Shown here in pieces: positions 35,305-35,601 of a stretch of DNA of 35,601 nucleotides. Positions within the stretch are counted from its first letter, which is position 1; the number at the start of each line of letters is the position of its first letter. The stretch comes from Bacteriovoracaceae bacterium (GTDB lineage Bacteria > Bdellovibrionota > Bacteriovoracia > Bacteriovoracales > Bacteriovoracaceae). Where the stretch lies: positions 1 through 35,601 of the forward strand of contig JABIHA010000092.1 in NCBI GenBank assembly GCA_018649885.1, written 5' to 3'. The notes beneath the pieces were generated by a model, which ran no database searches, was not told where the DNA came from, and saw nothing but the letters and a program-made list of their open reading frames with translations. The translations under genes and the position numbers were made by a program.

Positions 35305-35601
35305 AAATTAAGAGTCCTCTTATTAAGAGTTGAATAAAACTACCGCCCCAGACCGTTATAGAAATGGTTAAACGGTCATAGGAACGGCGAACTTGGTGAA
35401 TTTTAATTATTCCTGCGATTTACTATGAAATACCTACGAGGAAGGGATTTAAAGGCGCTTGGCTTTATCTAAGCATGAATAACTTCAAAGGAGTGTATGT
35501 CGTCAAATGAATGTGGACCAAAGTTGCAAATTTCTAAGAGATACCTATCTGCCTGAAGGGGTCTTTCTTTAACCTATGGAGTTGTGAAAAATGATTCTCA
35601 T

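Overview
AT-rich bacterial accessory region (defence island) with no clear housekeeping gene, centred on an intact tRNA-Lys(CTT) at 16554-16629 (-). On the tRNA 3' side, reading leftwards: a tyrosine integrase, a ~380-bp degenerate tandem duplication that looks like the scar of two related elements, a ParB/excisionase-like fusion gene, and cargo. The cargo is a DEDDh exonuclease bracketed by a duplicated mini-gene, an SNF2 helicase plus a Pro/Lys-rich actin/Hsp70-like ATPase, endonuclease I, an Mrr_N fusion, and a PLD-SNF2 helicase plus a type IIG-like R-M gene cut by an IS3-like element at the window edge. On the tRNA 5' side: a repeat-rich non-coding stretch, a CBASS locus (CapV-like patatin, CD-NTase with AGS-C-like tail, non-canonical third gene), a catalytic-domain-only tyrosine recombinase, an IHF/HU gene coupled to PD-(D/E)XK nucleases, YecA, a PD-(D/E)XK + MBL/beta-CASP pair, MORN and HNH-AP2 genes, and a tightly coupled GHKL-ATPase three-gene operon that I cannot assign to a named system. 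Best candidates for undescribed systems: the GHKL trio (30753-34147), the SNF2 + actin-like ATPase pair (6517-11125), the nuclease + MBL pair (26333-28407) and the extended CBASS. All family calls come from motif recognition by eye; no searches were run.
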